Shown here: positions 44,471 to 52,695 of the stretch, in pieces | Numbering within the stretch: the stretch's first letter is position 1 | Layout: every line of letters begins with the position of its first letter | IMG/VR virus record: IMGVR_UViG_3300045988_138996 | Location: 160,001 to 224,000 of that record | Strand: one strand, 5' to 3' | Length of the DNA: 64,000 nucleotides | Source of the DNA: a virus | The notes under the pieces: generated by a model | The model's database searches: none | What the model saw: the letters and a program-made list of their open reading frames with translations, nothing else | Told to the model about the DNA's origin: nothing | Translations under genes and position numbers: made by a program

Positions 44471-44759
44471 GTCCGCAACACTCTCAAGTTTGTTATTTTT
44501 AAGTAAAAACTAGTAAAAATTGTTTATGGCTATTAAAACGATTAAGAGTTGGTAACACTCTGTATTTGCTGTTAATTAACTAAAAATGGCTGTTTTTATA
44601 TATACAGCTATTAAAATCATTTTAAGTCCGCAACACTCATAATGTCTCCCTTTTTACACAAAAACAGCTTATTTTGCAATAACTAAGTTTCGTATTTTTG
44701 CAGTATTTTATAATATTTTAGTTTATGACTATTAATATCTATTAAGTCCACAACATTCA
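44471..44759 (+). repeat. four iteron-like direct repeats (GTCCGCAACACTC core)
   Basis: GTCCGCAACACTC at 44471 and 44627, GTTGGTAACACTC at 44548, GTCCACAACATTC at 44747. Three of them are preceded by (G)CTATTAA(A/T)A..ATT(TT)AAG. Spacing is 77, 79 and 120 nt. Confidence 0.6.
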
Positions 44760-44803
44760 TAAAAACGTCTTAAATAGTTAAAAACAATATATTTTCATAT
44801 TAA

Positions 44804-44831
44804 ATGTATTTGGTCATATGTATTTGGTCAT
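44804..44831 (+). repeat. perfect tandem duplication ATGTATTTGGTCAT x2
   Basis: Read directly from the sequence. Followed by several hundred nt of TA-rich low-complexity DNA. Confidence 0.8.
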
Positions 44832-45264
44832 ATAATATATTTAATTAATATAGTGTATTGCTATATATATCATTAATCTGTTATAGCAACTTTATTAGTA
44901 TTTAATAGCTATATATAGTCATATATATAGTTTATTGTTATATTATATATATGGTTTAATATATATTGTCATATATATGTATATAGTTAACGTATTATAT
45001 TATAGTTTATCATTAGTATAGTATTAACAGTTATATTAGTATTTAGTATTATGTTATTAGTAGTATTAGTGTTATTATATATATAGTAAGAGTAATAATA
45101 AAGAGAAACTATTAAATGAAAAGATGCGGGCGATTTTGTATATTGTTTTTTATATCAATCTAATGAATTGCCGCATTTGATTTTTATATGTATGATATAT
45201 TTATCAGCATATGATTAATAACTGTATATGGTTTTATATATATAAGGCTAATGTCATTAAGTAC

Positions 45265-45282
45265 GTGCTCCGCACCGAAATC
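45265..45282 (+). promoter_or_regulatory. TCC-loop hairpin motif, copy f (GTGC-TCC-GCAC-CGAAATC)
   Basis: Compensated stem. 46 nt upstream of ATG 45328, the first gene of the small-gene array. Confidence 0.6.
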
Positions 45283-45327
45283 TCCCGTAGTCCTTTTTTA
45301 TTATATAGGAATTAATGAGCGTAGAGA

Positions 45328-45528
45328 ATGAATCAATATTTAGTCGATGCTATTGTCGATCATGATGATTGGATACGGTATATTAGACCAAGGAAGATGT
45401 GTTATTCTGACGATATAAGCGAGAAATATAACCTAGATAATATAATCGTAGCATATAGCAGGAATTATTATAAATATAGTGCCGAATTATATTTACAGTA
45501 TTTAATGTATTTAATGGTAATAGAATGA
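45328..45528 (+). CDS. YY-tail small protein family member
   Basis: 66 aa. C-terminus ...YKYSAELYLQYLMYLMVIE. Confidence 0.55.
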   Translation: MNQYLVDAIVDHDDWIRYIRPRKMCYSDDISEKYNLDNIIVAYSRNYYKYSAELYLQYLMYLMVIE

Positions 45529-45529
45529 T

Positions 45530-45742
45530 ATGAATAAATTAAAGCTTTTTGAAAAAATAATGTATAGCTTTTTTAATATAATTAATAAAGACAATAAATA
45601 TGAAAAATATTATAGCATTAATAATAATAATGGTTATGATATTCTTAAAAAACATTTTATTTATGTCTATGAAAATGAAAAATATAATGCCAACGTATAC
45701 TATTATTACTATATATGGTTAATTATATTGGTAAAAATATGA
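45530..45742 (+). CDS. YY-tail small protein family member
   Basis: 70 aa. C-terminus ...YNANVYYYYYIWLIILVKI. Confidence 0.55.
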   Translation: MNKLKLFEKIMYSFFNIINKDNKYEKYYSINNNNGYDILKKHFIYVYENEKYNANVYYYYYIWLIILVKI

Positions 45743-45939
45743 ATAAGAATGAATTAATCGATAATATTATCGACGCAGCCTGGATAATAAAAACAAAATA
45801 TCCAAAATATATGCCGTCTAGAAATTTTCATATAGTCGACGTTGTTACAAGAATTACTGTATATAGTAATGGTAGTCAAGAAATTAACGGCATGATATAT
45901 TATAGTTATTGGTTAGTGTTAGGGTGTTTATATGAATAG
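45739..45939 (+). CDS. YY-tail small protein family member
   Basis: Start at ATG 45739 (MNKNELIDNI). C-terminus ...INGMIYYSYWLVLGCLYE. Confidence 0.55.
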   Translation: MNKNELIDNIIDAAWIIKTKYPKYMPSRNFHIVDVVTRITVYSNGSQEINGMIYYSYWLVLGCLYE

Positions 45940-46141
45940 TGATGTACCATTTATTATTACTGTTAAAGCATCTAATATATATGATGATAATGATAGATAT
46001 AGTCTTATTAATAATCTTAAAGATAAAGAGCTAATAAATTATATAACAAAGCCAATAGTATTTATAAATAGTCTTGGCGGCGCATATACTGCTAGGTTAT
46101 ATTATAATTACTATATATATCTATGTGTATTTAGGATATAA
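45932..46141 (+). CDS. YY-tail small protein family member
   Basis: 69 aa. C-terminus ...YTARLYYNYYIYLCVFRI. Confidence 0.55.
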   Translation: MNSDVPFIITVKASNIYDDNDRYSLINNLKDKELINYITKPIVFINSLGGAYTARLYYNYYIYLCVFRI

Positions 46142-46143
46142 AT

Positions 46144-46311
46144 ATGAATCAAGAATTGTATCACGCAATAGAAAGATATATACATAATATAGAATGGTAT
46201 AGTGTTTTCGATATATATTTAATACATTTAAATCTTAATATCGATATATATCGTTATGGAACGAATGTACTTTTATATAAATATTATTTGTATATAATGA
46301 TCGAGATCTAA
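46144..46311 (+). CDS. YY-tail small protein family member (55 aa, not in ORF track)
   Basis: My own translation: MNQELYHAIERYIHNIEWYSVFDIYLIHLNLNIDIYRYGTNVLLYKYYLYIMIEI. It fills an otherwise empty gap. Confidence 0.5.
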   Translation: MNQELYHAIERYIHNIEWYSVFDIYLIHLNLNIDIYRYGTNVLLYKYYLYIMIEI

Positions 46312-46323
46312 TAAGGATAATAT

Positions 46324-46518
46324 ATGGGTATAAAATTGATCTTAGAAGATATTCAAGATAATATGTCGTGCGGTTATTGTTATCCTAGAAAAATTATAAG
46401 TCATTATTATATTCATAATAATCTTATGATTACCGTAGGCGATAATATATTTTATTATGCCGGCGATTATAAATATTATTATTTTTATATATGGTTAATG
46501 ACATATGGGGTCTTATAA
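46324..46518 (+). CDS. YY-tail small protein family member
   Basis: 64 aa. C-terminus ...GDYKYYYFYIWLMTYGVL. Confidence 0.55.
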   Translation: MGIKLILEDIQDNMSCGYCYPRKIISHYYIHNNLMITVGDNIFYYAGDYKYYYFYIWLMTYGVL

Positions 46519-46730
46519 TGAAACATAAAATAACATTTTCTAAATTTAAAGGATTTAATCGCATCGTCGAACTAGAAAACTTACAAGATGCTATCAATGA
46601 CTTTATTAGACAAAATAAAGGTCTTAAAGTATGTAATGTTTGTTATAAAGACGATGCATTAATCGGACATATTAAAGATTTAGACGATTTTGACTACGGT
46701 ATGATCATTATTAAAGAAGTAGTATCATGA
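46518..46730 (+). CDS. hypothetical protein
   Basis: Start at ATG 46518, a TAATG overlap with the upstream stop. 70 aa with no YY tail. Confidence 0.5.
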   Translation: MKHKITFSKFKGFNRIVELENLQDAINDFIRQNKGLKVCNVCYKDDALIGHIKDLDDFDYGMIIIKEVVS

Positions 46731-46912
46731 TTAAAATAACAAATGAAAAATTATCTGACGCTATTTTTAAATATGATTATTATGATCCTGATGATCTTAT
46801 TCAATATTTAACGTGTGAAAATTTCGAAGAAAAATATCATACATATATGTATACTAAAGGCGAATGTTATTACTATTATTATCTATCATTAGGATTAATT
46901 TGTAATCTATAA
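46727..46912 (+). CDS. YY-tail small protein family member
   Basis: 61 aa. C-terminus ...KGECYYYYYLSLGLICNL. Confidence 0.55.
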   Translation: MIKITNEKLSDAIFKYDYYDPDDLIQYLTCENFEEKYHTYMYTKGECYYYYYLSLGLICNL

Positions 46913-46934
46913 AAGCGAACATATATCCGCTTTT
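46911..46934 (+). terminator. weak (possibly bidirectional) terminator
   Basis: AAAAGCG-AACATATATC-CGCTTTT. Confidence 0.4.
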
Positions 46935-46971
46935 AAGAATTTATGCATTTTAATAATAATAATGGAATTTT

Positions 46972-47000
46972 TTGTAAAAAAAAGTATTTTATGGTATAAT
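46972..47000 (+). promoter_or_regulatory. sigma-70/sigma-A-type promoter with extended -10
   Basis: -35 TTGTAA (46972-77), 17-nt spacer ending in TG, -10 TATAAT (46995-47000). 13 nt upstream of ATG 47014. Confidence 0.6.
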
Positions 47001-47013
47001 AAAAGGTTATAAT

Positions 47014-47331
47014 ATGTTATATATACAATTGAATAAAGACGGAGCTGTCTTAGATATACTTAGGCAATTAAAAAGAAATTATGGAAAAATTTGTTTAAGC
47101 GGTGCTATTATCGATCACGTCGGTAATATCCCAGATCATTATAATAATTTTAATGTCGTTAAAATAATGCTTACTTGTAGTTTATTAAAAGTATTAGGTA
47201 AAAAATATAGTGAATATCAAATGGTATTATATGAATATACTTTTAATATTAAAGATAATCGTATCAGTTATGATAACGATACAGCCGGGAGTATTATTAA
47301 AGCATTAGTCGATATGATGATCGACGACTAA
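47014..47331 (+). CDS. hypothetical protein
   Basis: 105-aa ORF downstream of the sigma-70-like promoter. Confidence 0.55.
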   Translation: MLYIQLNKDGAVLDILRQLKRNYGKICLSGAIIDHVGNIPDHYNNFNVVKIMLTCSLLKVLGKKYSEYQMVLYEYTFNIKDNRISYDNDTAGSIIKALVDMMIDD

Positions 47332-47344
47332 TAAGGAGAATAAT

Positions 47345-47575
47345 ATGACTGAAAAAGAAGCAATTATTATCGAAGAAATTTACTTAATAGAAAATTCATT
47401 AAAAGAAAAAACATTAAATTATTTTCTAGACAAATATTATAATGGTAAAGCCTTAGAAAAATTACAACCATTCCAACGAGAAAAAATTTTAAAATGGATG
47501 CAATCGCGTGTTGAGGACGAAGAAATGAATGATGATCGTATTAGCAGCTGGGCTTTAGAACATGGATACTTCTAA
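47345..47575 (+). CDS. hypothetical protein
   Basis: 76-aa ORF after AAGGAG. Confidence 0.55.
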   Translation: MTEKEAIIIEEIYLIENSLKEKTLNYFLDKYYNGKALEKLQPFQREKILKWMQSRVEDEEMNDDRISSWALEHGYF

Positions 47576-47810
47576 TCGCAACAAAAAGCTATTAGCAACT
47601 ATATTAAATAAAACTTTAGATTTATATAGTATTCGTAAAAACCACAAATATTTTACTCAATCAAATTTTATTATTGAAGATGTTCTTAGTAAGCATATAA
47701 TATTTTTTGACGGCACAAATAAGTACAGTGGTCTTATATATTATCATTATTATATTTGTTTAAGTATAATGCCAGATTTAACAGAAGTTCCTGACTTGTT
47801 AGAAGAATAA
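47562..47810 (+). CDS. YY-tail small protein family member
   Basis: 82 aa. ...KYSGLIYYHYYICLSIM plus an acidic tail. Confidence 0.55.
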   Translation: MDTSNRNKKLLATILNKTLDLYSIRKNHKYFTQSNFIIEDVLSKHIIFFDGTNKYSGLIYYHYYICLSIMPDLTEVPDLLEE

Positions 47811-47811
47811 T

Positions 47812-48030
47812 ATGGTAACTAATAAATTATTAGATAAAGTATTTCTCCCGTTACAAATAAGGATTAGCATCGACATATTTAATGAAGATCTTGAGCGTTT
47901 TTTGATGGAAGAAAATGCTAAAAAATTATTTCGTGTATATACTTTGACTAATAAGAATCAAAAATATGATGATTATTATGGATATTATCTATATTTAATA
48001 CTTTGTTCTGAAATAGAAAGAATATATTAA
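47812..48030 (+). CDS. YY-tail small protein family member
   Basis: 72 aa. ...YDDYYGYYLYLILCSEIERIY. Confidence 0.55.
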   Translation: MVTNKLLDKVFLPLQIRISIDIFNEDLERFLMEENAKKLFRVYTLTNKNQKYDDYYGYYLYLILCSEIERIY

Positions 48031-48239
48031 TGAATAATAATTATTTAGATAGACTTATCGAATATATGACAATTCAAGCTCAAAGACGTTTTAATGTTAG
48101 AAATGTTAACTATGGATCATTATATAATTTAACGAATCCAAAAGTTGTGTTTGCATATAAAGTCTATCAAAATAAAGAAGGAGTGTCATATAGTGCCAAC
48201 ATATATTATTGGTATTATCTATGTTTAACAGTATTATGA
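48030..48239 (+). CDS. YY-tail small protein family member
   Basis: 69 aa. ...SYSANIYYWYYLCLTVL. Confidence 0.55.
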   Translation: MNNNYLDRLIEYMTIQAQRRFNVRNVNYGSLYNLTNPKVVFAYKVYQNKEGVSYSANIYYWYYLCLTVL

Positions 48240-48520
48240 GTAAGAATTATGCTATCATATATTATATATACGAAGAAGAATTTAGATATGGTGTTATTCT
48301 TATCGATGATAATTATAACAATGCACTATATCGAGCATATTATGAACTATTAAATTCTTTTAAATCATACTATATATCAGTAATAGAATCCAACGATCTA
48401 AATTATTTAGAAAATATGGAAATTGCATATGACGATCCTAGTTATTATGCTGGTGAGACTCAAAAAGCTATTGAAGAATGTAATATTACACAAATAATTA
48501 AGGATCTGAAATATGAGTAA
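48236..48520 (+). CDS. long-form YY-family protein
   Basis: ATGA overlap start at 48236. ...NNALYRAYYELLNSFKSYY plus a C-terminal extension. Confidence 0.5.
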   Translation: MSKNYAIIYYIYEEEFRYGVILIDDNYNNALYRAYYELLNSFKSYYISVIESNDLNYLENMEIAYDDPSYYAGETQKAIEECNITQIIKDLKYE

Positions 48521-48713
48521 CAGTTTATTACAATATAAGCTTATAGTATTTAATAAAATTAAAATAAGAGGTAATTCTACATATATATATTTAGATCCTA
48601 CTATTAATATTTCAAGAATATATAGTTTTTATATGAAAAATAGTCAGTATTATAAATTACATTATATATATTTATATTGGATTAATTTAAATTTGGTTGA
48701 TAAATATGACTGA
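48513..48713 (+). CDS. YY-tail small protein family member
   Basis: 66 aa. ...YYKLHYIYLYWINLNLVDKYD. Confidence 0.55.
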   Translation: MSNSLLQYKLIVFNKIKIRGNSTYIYLDPTINISRIYSFYMKNSQYYKLHYIYLYWINLNLVDKYD

Positions 48714-48891
48714 TAAAATAACAAAAGAATTAAATAAATTTGTTGATTCCGTATGCCAGAATAGATATAAAATTGAATATTTATATTTTAAATTGTCATC
48801 TATTCCATCATTTATGTTGCATAACCGAGGCAAGTATAAATATATATATTGGTATTACGTATATAAGTTAATGTTAATAACTAAGATATAA
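48706..48891 (+). CDS. YY-tail small protein family member
   Basis: Start at ATG 48706 (MTDKITKEL). ...KYKYIYWYYVYKLMLITKI. Confidence 0.55.
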   Translation: MTDKITKELNKFVDSVCQNRYKIEYLYFKLSSIPSFMLHNRGKYKYIYWYYVYKLMLITKI

Positions 48892-48893
48892 TT

Positions 48894-49106
48894 ATGATAA
48901 ATAAAAAAGTAGAAAAAATTTTACATATTTTTACAGAAGATATGTGTCATCGCGACGAAATAGAACCACACAGCGAACCATATTTAATGTTATATAATAC
49001 AGACGTTATATTTGATTCACCTGATTGTCCACATTCACATTATTATTACTATAGTTATTATATTTATGTGTTAATGGTTAAAGAAAGAGTGTTATATGAA
49101 ATATAA
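48894..49106 (+). CDS. YY-tail small protein family member
   Basis: 70 aa. ...HSHYYYYSYYIYVLMVKE. Confidence 0.55.
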   Translation: MINKKVEKILHIFTEDMCHRDEIEPHSEPYLMLYNTDVIFDSPDCPHSHYYYYSYYIYVLMVKERVLYEI

Positions 49107-49139
49107 AATACTATCATTAAAAATTTGTGGAAAAATAAA

Positions 49140-49475
49140 ATGATCGATCAACGAATAGTAAAAGAATATTTTAATAGTAACGACTATGTCGTCGTAGAAT
49201 ATCATTTCGAAGGAGATAGGATACGTTGTAATATTGAAAAACGTTCTGGCGACACATATCTCAACAAACTATATTGGGCTTATTATAATTTATTATCGTT
49301 AAGCCATATCAATCGTTATCGTTATTCTATTAATAGTATAGCTAATCTTAGATATTTACAAGTACGATTAAAATATGATGATGATACAACCGACGCTAAA
49401 GAAGAACTTAAAGAAGAAATTGTAGGCGAAGATATTATTAACGTACTACGTGAAGTACGTCGTGGTGAATTATGA
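49140..49475 (+). CDS. long-form YY-family protein
   Basis: Start at ATG 49140 (MIDQRIV). ...NKLYWAYYNLLSLSHINRY plus a C-terminal extension. Confidence 0.5.
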   Translation: MIDQRIVKEYFNSNDYVVVEYHFEGDRIRCNIEKRSGDTYLNKLYWAYYNLLSLSHINRYRYSINSIANLRYLQVRLKYDDDTTDAKEELKEEIVGEDIINVLREVRRGEL

Positions 49476-49693
49476 TTAGTAAACAAAAAAGAGCTGTGTC
49501 GATAACAGATCGAGGCTCTCGTATATATGATCGCTTTGCAAAATATGATATTATATATAATCTTAAAATAATTACTAGATTATCAGCAAAGTGCGCATAT
49601 AAAGACGATGAATATAAGTTTAGTGCTTGTATATATTATAGTTATTATGTAATTTTGCACTTGCTTGATGAAAGATATAAGAGGAGAGGATAA
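49472..49693 (+). CDS. YY-tail small protein family member
   Basis: 73 aa. ...KFSACIYYSYYVILHLLDERYKRRG. Confidence 0.55.
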   Translation: MISKQKRAVSITDRGSRIYDRFAKYDIIYNLKIITRLSAKCAYKDDEYKFSACIYYSYYVILHLLDERYKRRG

Positions 49694-49953
49694 TGGCTTT
49701 TAATATTATTAAATATAATAAAACCAGAGATGACGTATATGTATATATACAAAAGATGCCGGGCATCTATAATAAAAAATTAAGTTTGTATTTTGCATAT
49801 ATGTATAGTATCTTCGACTTTAGATTTCGATATAGTATTTTTAGAAGTATCGATGTTCAGGATTATACTAATTTTAGAGCATTAGACAAAGATGCTAATC
49901 CTAAAGATACTGATATTTTAAATATATTAAAAAGTAAAAATTATGAAATATAA
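49693..49953 (+). CDS. long-form YY-family protein
   Basis: 86 aa. ...LSLYFAYMYSIFDFRFRY plus an extension. Confidence 0.5.
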   Translation: MAFNIIKYNKTRDDVYVYIQKMPGIYNKKLSLYFAYMYSIFDFRFRYSIFRSIDVQDYTNFRALDKDANPKDTDILNILKSKNYEI

Positions 49954-50215
49954 AATCTTATTAAGAGAAACGCCAGTCGAAGAATATGCTCATGAATTAT
50001 TCTACGATACTTTTAATAGTAATTTTAATAGCTCTTTATATGTAACATATTGGCTATTTATTTTATATCCAAAAAGTAGTGTATACTTAATTAGCATTCC
50101 TAAAATAAAATGGTTAACAGAACAAACGTTACCACATTATATATTCATGGAAGAGCTAGAAAAACATAATGTATTAAGTATTATAGAAAGGAATAAAGAT
50201 GAATCTGTTAAGTGA
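49943..50215 (+). CDS. long-form YY-family protein
   Basis: 90 aa. ...SSLYVTYWLFILYP plus an extension. Confidence 0.5.
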   Translation: MKYKILLRETPVEEYAHELFYDTFNSNFNSSLYVTYWLFILYPKSSVYLISIPKIKWLTEQTLPHYIFMEELEKHNVLSIIERNKDESVK

Positions 50216-50570
50216 AACAGAACAAAAGCTTAAAGAACTTAATCTGACATTAGATGATATTCAGTTTGTTATGTGTACCGAATCTGAATACGGCAGCGAT
50301 TATATATTTATGAACAAAGATACATTTGTTAAAAATGCTCGATCTGTTATCTATGACAATGGATACGGCTCTCAAGAAATCAAAAATAATCTTACAGTTT
50401 ATACAAGAGATTATATTATTTACCGATTTGAATATGACGGCGCAGAATGCTGGAAATATGTTCCGACAATTACTGGTTTAGATCCATTTTTACAAGACGA
50501 AAAACGTTGGAAAGAATTTAAATTTGAATCGAAGGATTATTATAATAATGAAGAACAAATTCCGTTTTAA
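50199..50570 (+). CDS. hypothetical protein
   Basis: 123-aa ORF in the same-strand array. Confidence 0.55.
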   Translation: MNLLSETEQKLKELNLTLDDIQFVMCTESEYGSDYIFMNKDTFVKNARSVIYDNGYGSQEIKNNLTVYTRDYIIYRFEYDGAECWKYVPTITGLDPFLQDEKRWKEFKFESKDYYNNEEQIPF

Positions 50571-50715
50571 AATTAATAAATGGGTCAAACTTTCGATTCC
50601 GCCAGTATTAATTCCATATTATAAATGGGCAGTATTTGAAAAGCAGAACAAAATTGGTAAAAAGAATTTTAGATTATACCACATTTATTTCTTTTCCTTA
50701 GAAAAATATTTATAA
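50548..50715 (+). CDS. possible small protein
   Basis: 55 aa from ATG 50548, overlapping the upstream gene by 23 nt. Ends ...LYHIYFFSLEKYL. Weak support. Confidence 0.3.
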   Translation: MKNKFRFKINKWVKLSIPPVLIPYYKWAVFEKQNKIGKKNFRLYHIYFFSLEKYL

Positions 50716-50762
50716 TTATAATTAAGAGAAGAAATAATTGTGGATTTTTTTGTAGGAAAAAT

Positions 50763-51065
50763 ATGAGTGGTACGTATTTTATTACATCGTATGTAGTAAA
50801 TAATCGAGGTAAGCTATCTCAATTTAAGACATATGAAATAAACAAAATGTTTTCTCATGCATTTTATTTAGCCTATTATGGTTATATTAATTACATTTGT
50901 GAAAGATATAATATTTGTATGTATCCAGAAAAAGTAATAGGTCAACGTTATGATCTAACGTTTGAACAGATAGCTTCGATGTACGATGTTGTTCATTGTA
51001 TTAAAAATAAAGAATATAGTAAAAAAATGAATTCTAAAAAACATAAGTGGTTGAAAATATTTTAG
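50763..51065 (+). CDS. long-form YY-family protein
   Basis: 100 aa. ...SHAFYLAYYGYINYICERY plus an extension. Confidence 0.5.
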   Translation: MSGTYFITSYVVNNRGKLSQFKTYEINKMFSHAFYLAYYGYINYICERYNICMYPEKVIGQRYDLTFEQIASMYDVVHCIKNKEYSKKMNSKKHKWLKIF

Positions 51066-51075
51066 GAGGTATATT

Positions 51076-51378
51076 ATGGGTCATACATTAAAACACAACA
51101 TCGAAGAAACTGGCCGCATCATTAACAGTATCGATATTAATCAATTTAATATTGATCGTCGTAACTATTATATCGAACAAGTAGAATTTACTGATCAAGG
51201 TATATTTCCGATGATTCATTTTGTTATTAGAAATGGTAAAACTAACGCAGTTGATCATCGGTGTGGTACTTTACGAAAGATACCAAATGCCAATAAATAT
51301 GAATATCATGACGGTACTGTTAAAATGTATGATGGATTAATCTGGGAATTTTTAGAAAAAGCAGGAATTATCATATGA
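51076..51378 (+). CDS. hypothetical protein
   Basis: 100-aa ORF after AGGAGG. Confidence 0.55.
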   Translation: MGHTLKHNIEETGRIINSIDINQFNIDRRNYYIEQVEFTDQGIFPMIHFVIRNGKTNAVDHRCGTLRKIPNANKYEYHDGTVKMYDGLIWEFLEKAGIII

Positions 51379-51593
51379 ATTATGAAGAATACTATAATAT
51401 TTGTAATTTTGCTCAAAAATTTTATGAAAACGATCCTGAGTTTTTACCGACAAATAATATTCTTGACATATGGAGAGCTCAGATAAAAAGACATAATGTT
51501 ATCAGCGATGATTTTAATGCTTTATTCTATTATGAGTATATAATGTATTTAACAGGAATTCGTTCAGAATGTTTCAAACACAAAAAGAATTAA
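51375..51593 (+). CDS. YY-tail small protein family member
   Basis: 72 aa. ...FNALFYYEYIMYLTGIRSE. Confidence 0.5.
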   Translation: MNYEEYYNICNFAQKFYENDPEFLPTNNILDIWRAQIKRHNVISDDFNALFYYEYIMYLTGIRSECFKHKKN

Positions 51594-52018
51594 TTGCTAA
51601 TTTATACTATAAAGGTTATAACCCCAATGTAGTGCTTTGTAATTTAAAACAAGATCGTATTATCCGATGTTGTTCTCGAAACGATCAAATTGCAAGTCCT
51701 AAAAATGGTATATATGTAATTAATTTTACGCTAGAAGATCGTCGTATACTTACTAAAAGAAAATATAGCATATTTAATTCTAAACAAATGGTTGTCAAAT
51801 TCATTATTGATTGTAAAAATAAGAAAATTAATGAAATAGAATTCCGATATCGAACAGTAAATAATTCTGGTTATATGAAGAATTTTTCAAGTATCGATAA
51901 TATAAATTATTTATTAGATCAGAATATATTAGTATATCGTAATTATATTATTGGTTTTTTGTTTACGAACTATATCAAACAATCAATCGAAGACTTTAGT
52001 AAAAGATTTGAGGTGTAA
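51569..52018 (+). CDS. hypothetical protein
   Basis: 149-aa ORF in the array. Confidence 0.5.
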   Translation: MFQTQKELIANLYYKGYNPNVVLCNLKQDRIIRCCSRNDQIASPKNGIYVINFTLEDRRILTKRKYSIFNSKQMVVKFIIDCKNKKINEIEFRYRTVNNSGYMKNFSSIDNINYLLDQNILVYRNYIIGFLFTNYIKQSIEDFSKRFEV

Positions 52019-52084
52019 TTATGTTTAAAAAATTTGTCGATGAATTGCGTTGGTATATCGAACAATTATTAAAGGAAATTTAAT

Positions 52085-52303
52085 ATGAAGTATAAATTAA
52101 TATTCAATAAGTTGAAGTTAGAATATATATGCGACTGTAATGATTTAACAAAAACTATCGATAGTATAATTATGAATCATCATGGAACTGTTAAGAATTG
52201 TCATATGCTTAATTATCAAATATATGGCAATGGCCATGGTAGTAATATCGAAGTATATTTTAATGGGACGTTACTCGAAATTATCGAGGTATCGAAAGTA
52301 TGA
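52085..52303 (+). CDS. hypothetical protein
   Basis: 72-aa ORF in the array. Confidence 0.5.
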   Translation: MKYKLIFNKLKLEYICDCNDLTKTIDSIIMNHHGTVKNCHMLNYQIYGNGHGSNIEVYFNGTLLEIIEVSKV

Positions 52304-52695
52304 TCAATTGGTTTAATTGGTTGTATTCGATTCAACATTATAGTCCAATGGTTCGTCAAAAATCAGTCGTTAAAGATTATTCGACAATCTATTCTTTATT
52401 AAAAATAGAAGATACACCATTATTGATTACATTCTTTAGAGACTCTAATAGCGTTGATTTACAAATTATATTTTTTACATATGATCTTAATAGAAGAATT
52501 CGTGATTATTCTATTACATTATCAGCTTTTCCAAAAAGCAATAAATTATATTTAGTATATGCTATCGATAATCATTTATTACATAATATATTTAATAAAA
52601 TTATGTGTGAGCATTTAATCTATTATATGTACTTAGAGACAGATAAAGCGCGACAGTTAATTAACGAAGTACTAGAGGACTATAGAGATGAGTAA
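52300..52695 (+). CDS. hypothetical protein
   Basis: 131-aa ORF, 4-nt overlap with the upstream gene. Confidence 0.5.
   Translation: MINWFNWLYSIQHYSPMVRQKSVVKDYSTIYSLLKIEDTPLLITFFRDSNSVDLQIIFFTYDLNRRIRDYSITLSAFPKSNKLYLVYAIDNHLLHNIFNKIMCEHLIYYMYLETDKARQLINEVLEDYRDE

Noticed and set aside
41183-45300. tRNA or tmRNA genes in the long noncoding region
   Set aside because: I looked for GGTTCGAAT/GTTCAAATC-type T-arms and cloverleaf-sized nested stems and found none. The hairpins present are simple and too short or too AT-rich. tRNAscan or ARAGORN should still be run.
52020-52082. 20-codon ORF (MFKKFVDELRWYIEQLLKEI) in the gap before 52085
   Set aside because: It is too short to support without conservation or ribosome-profiling data.
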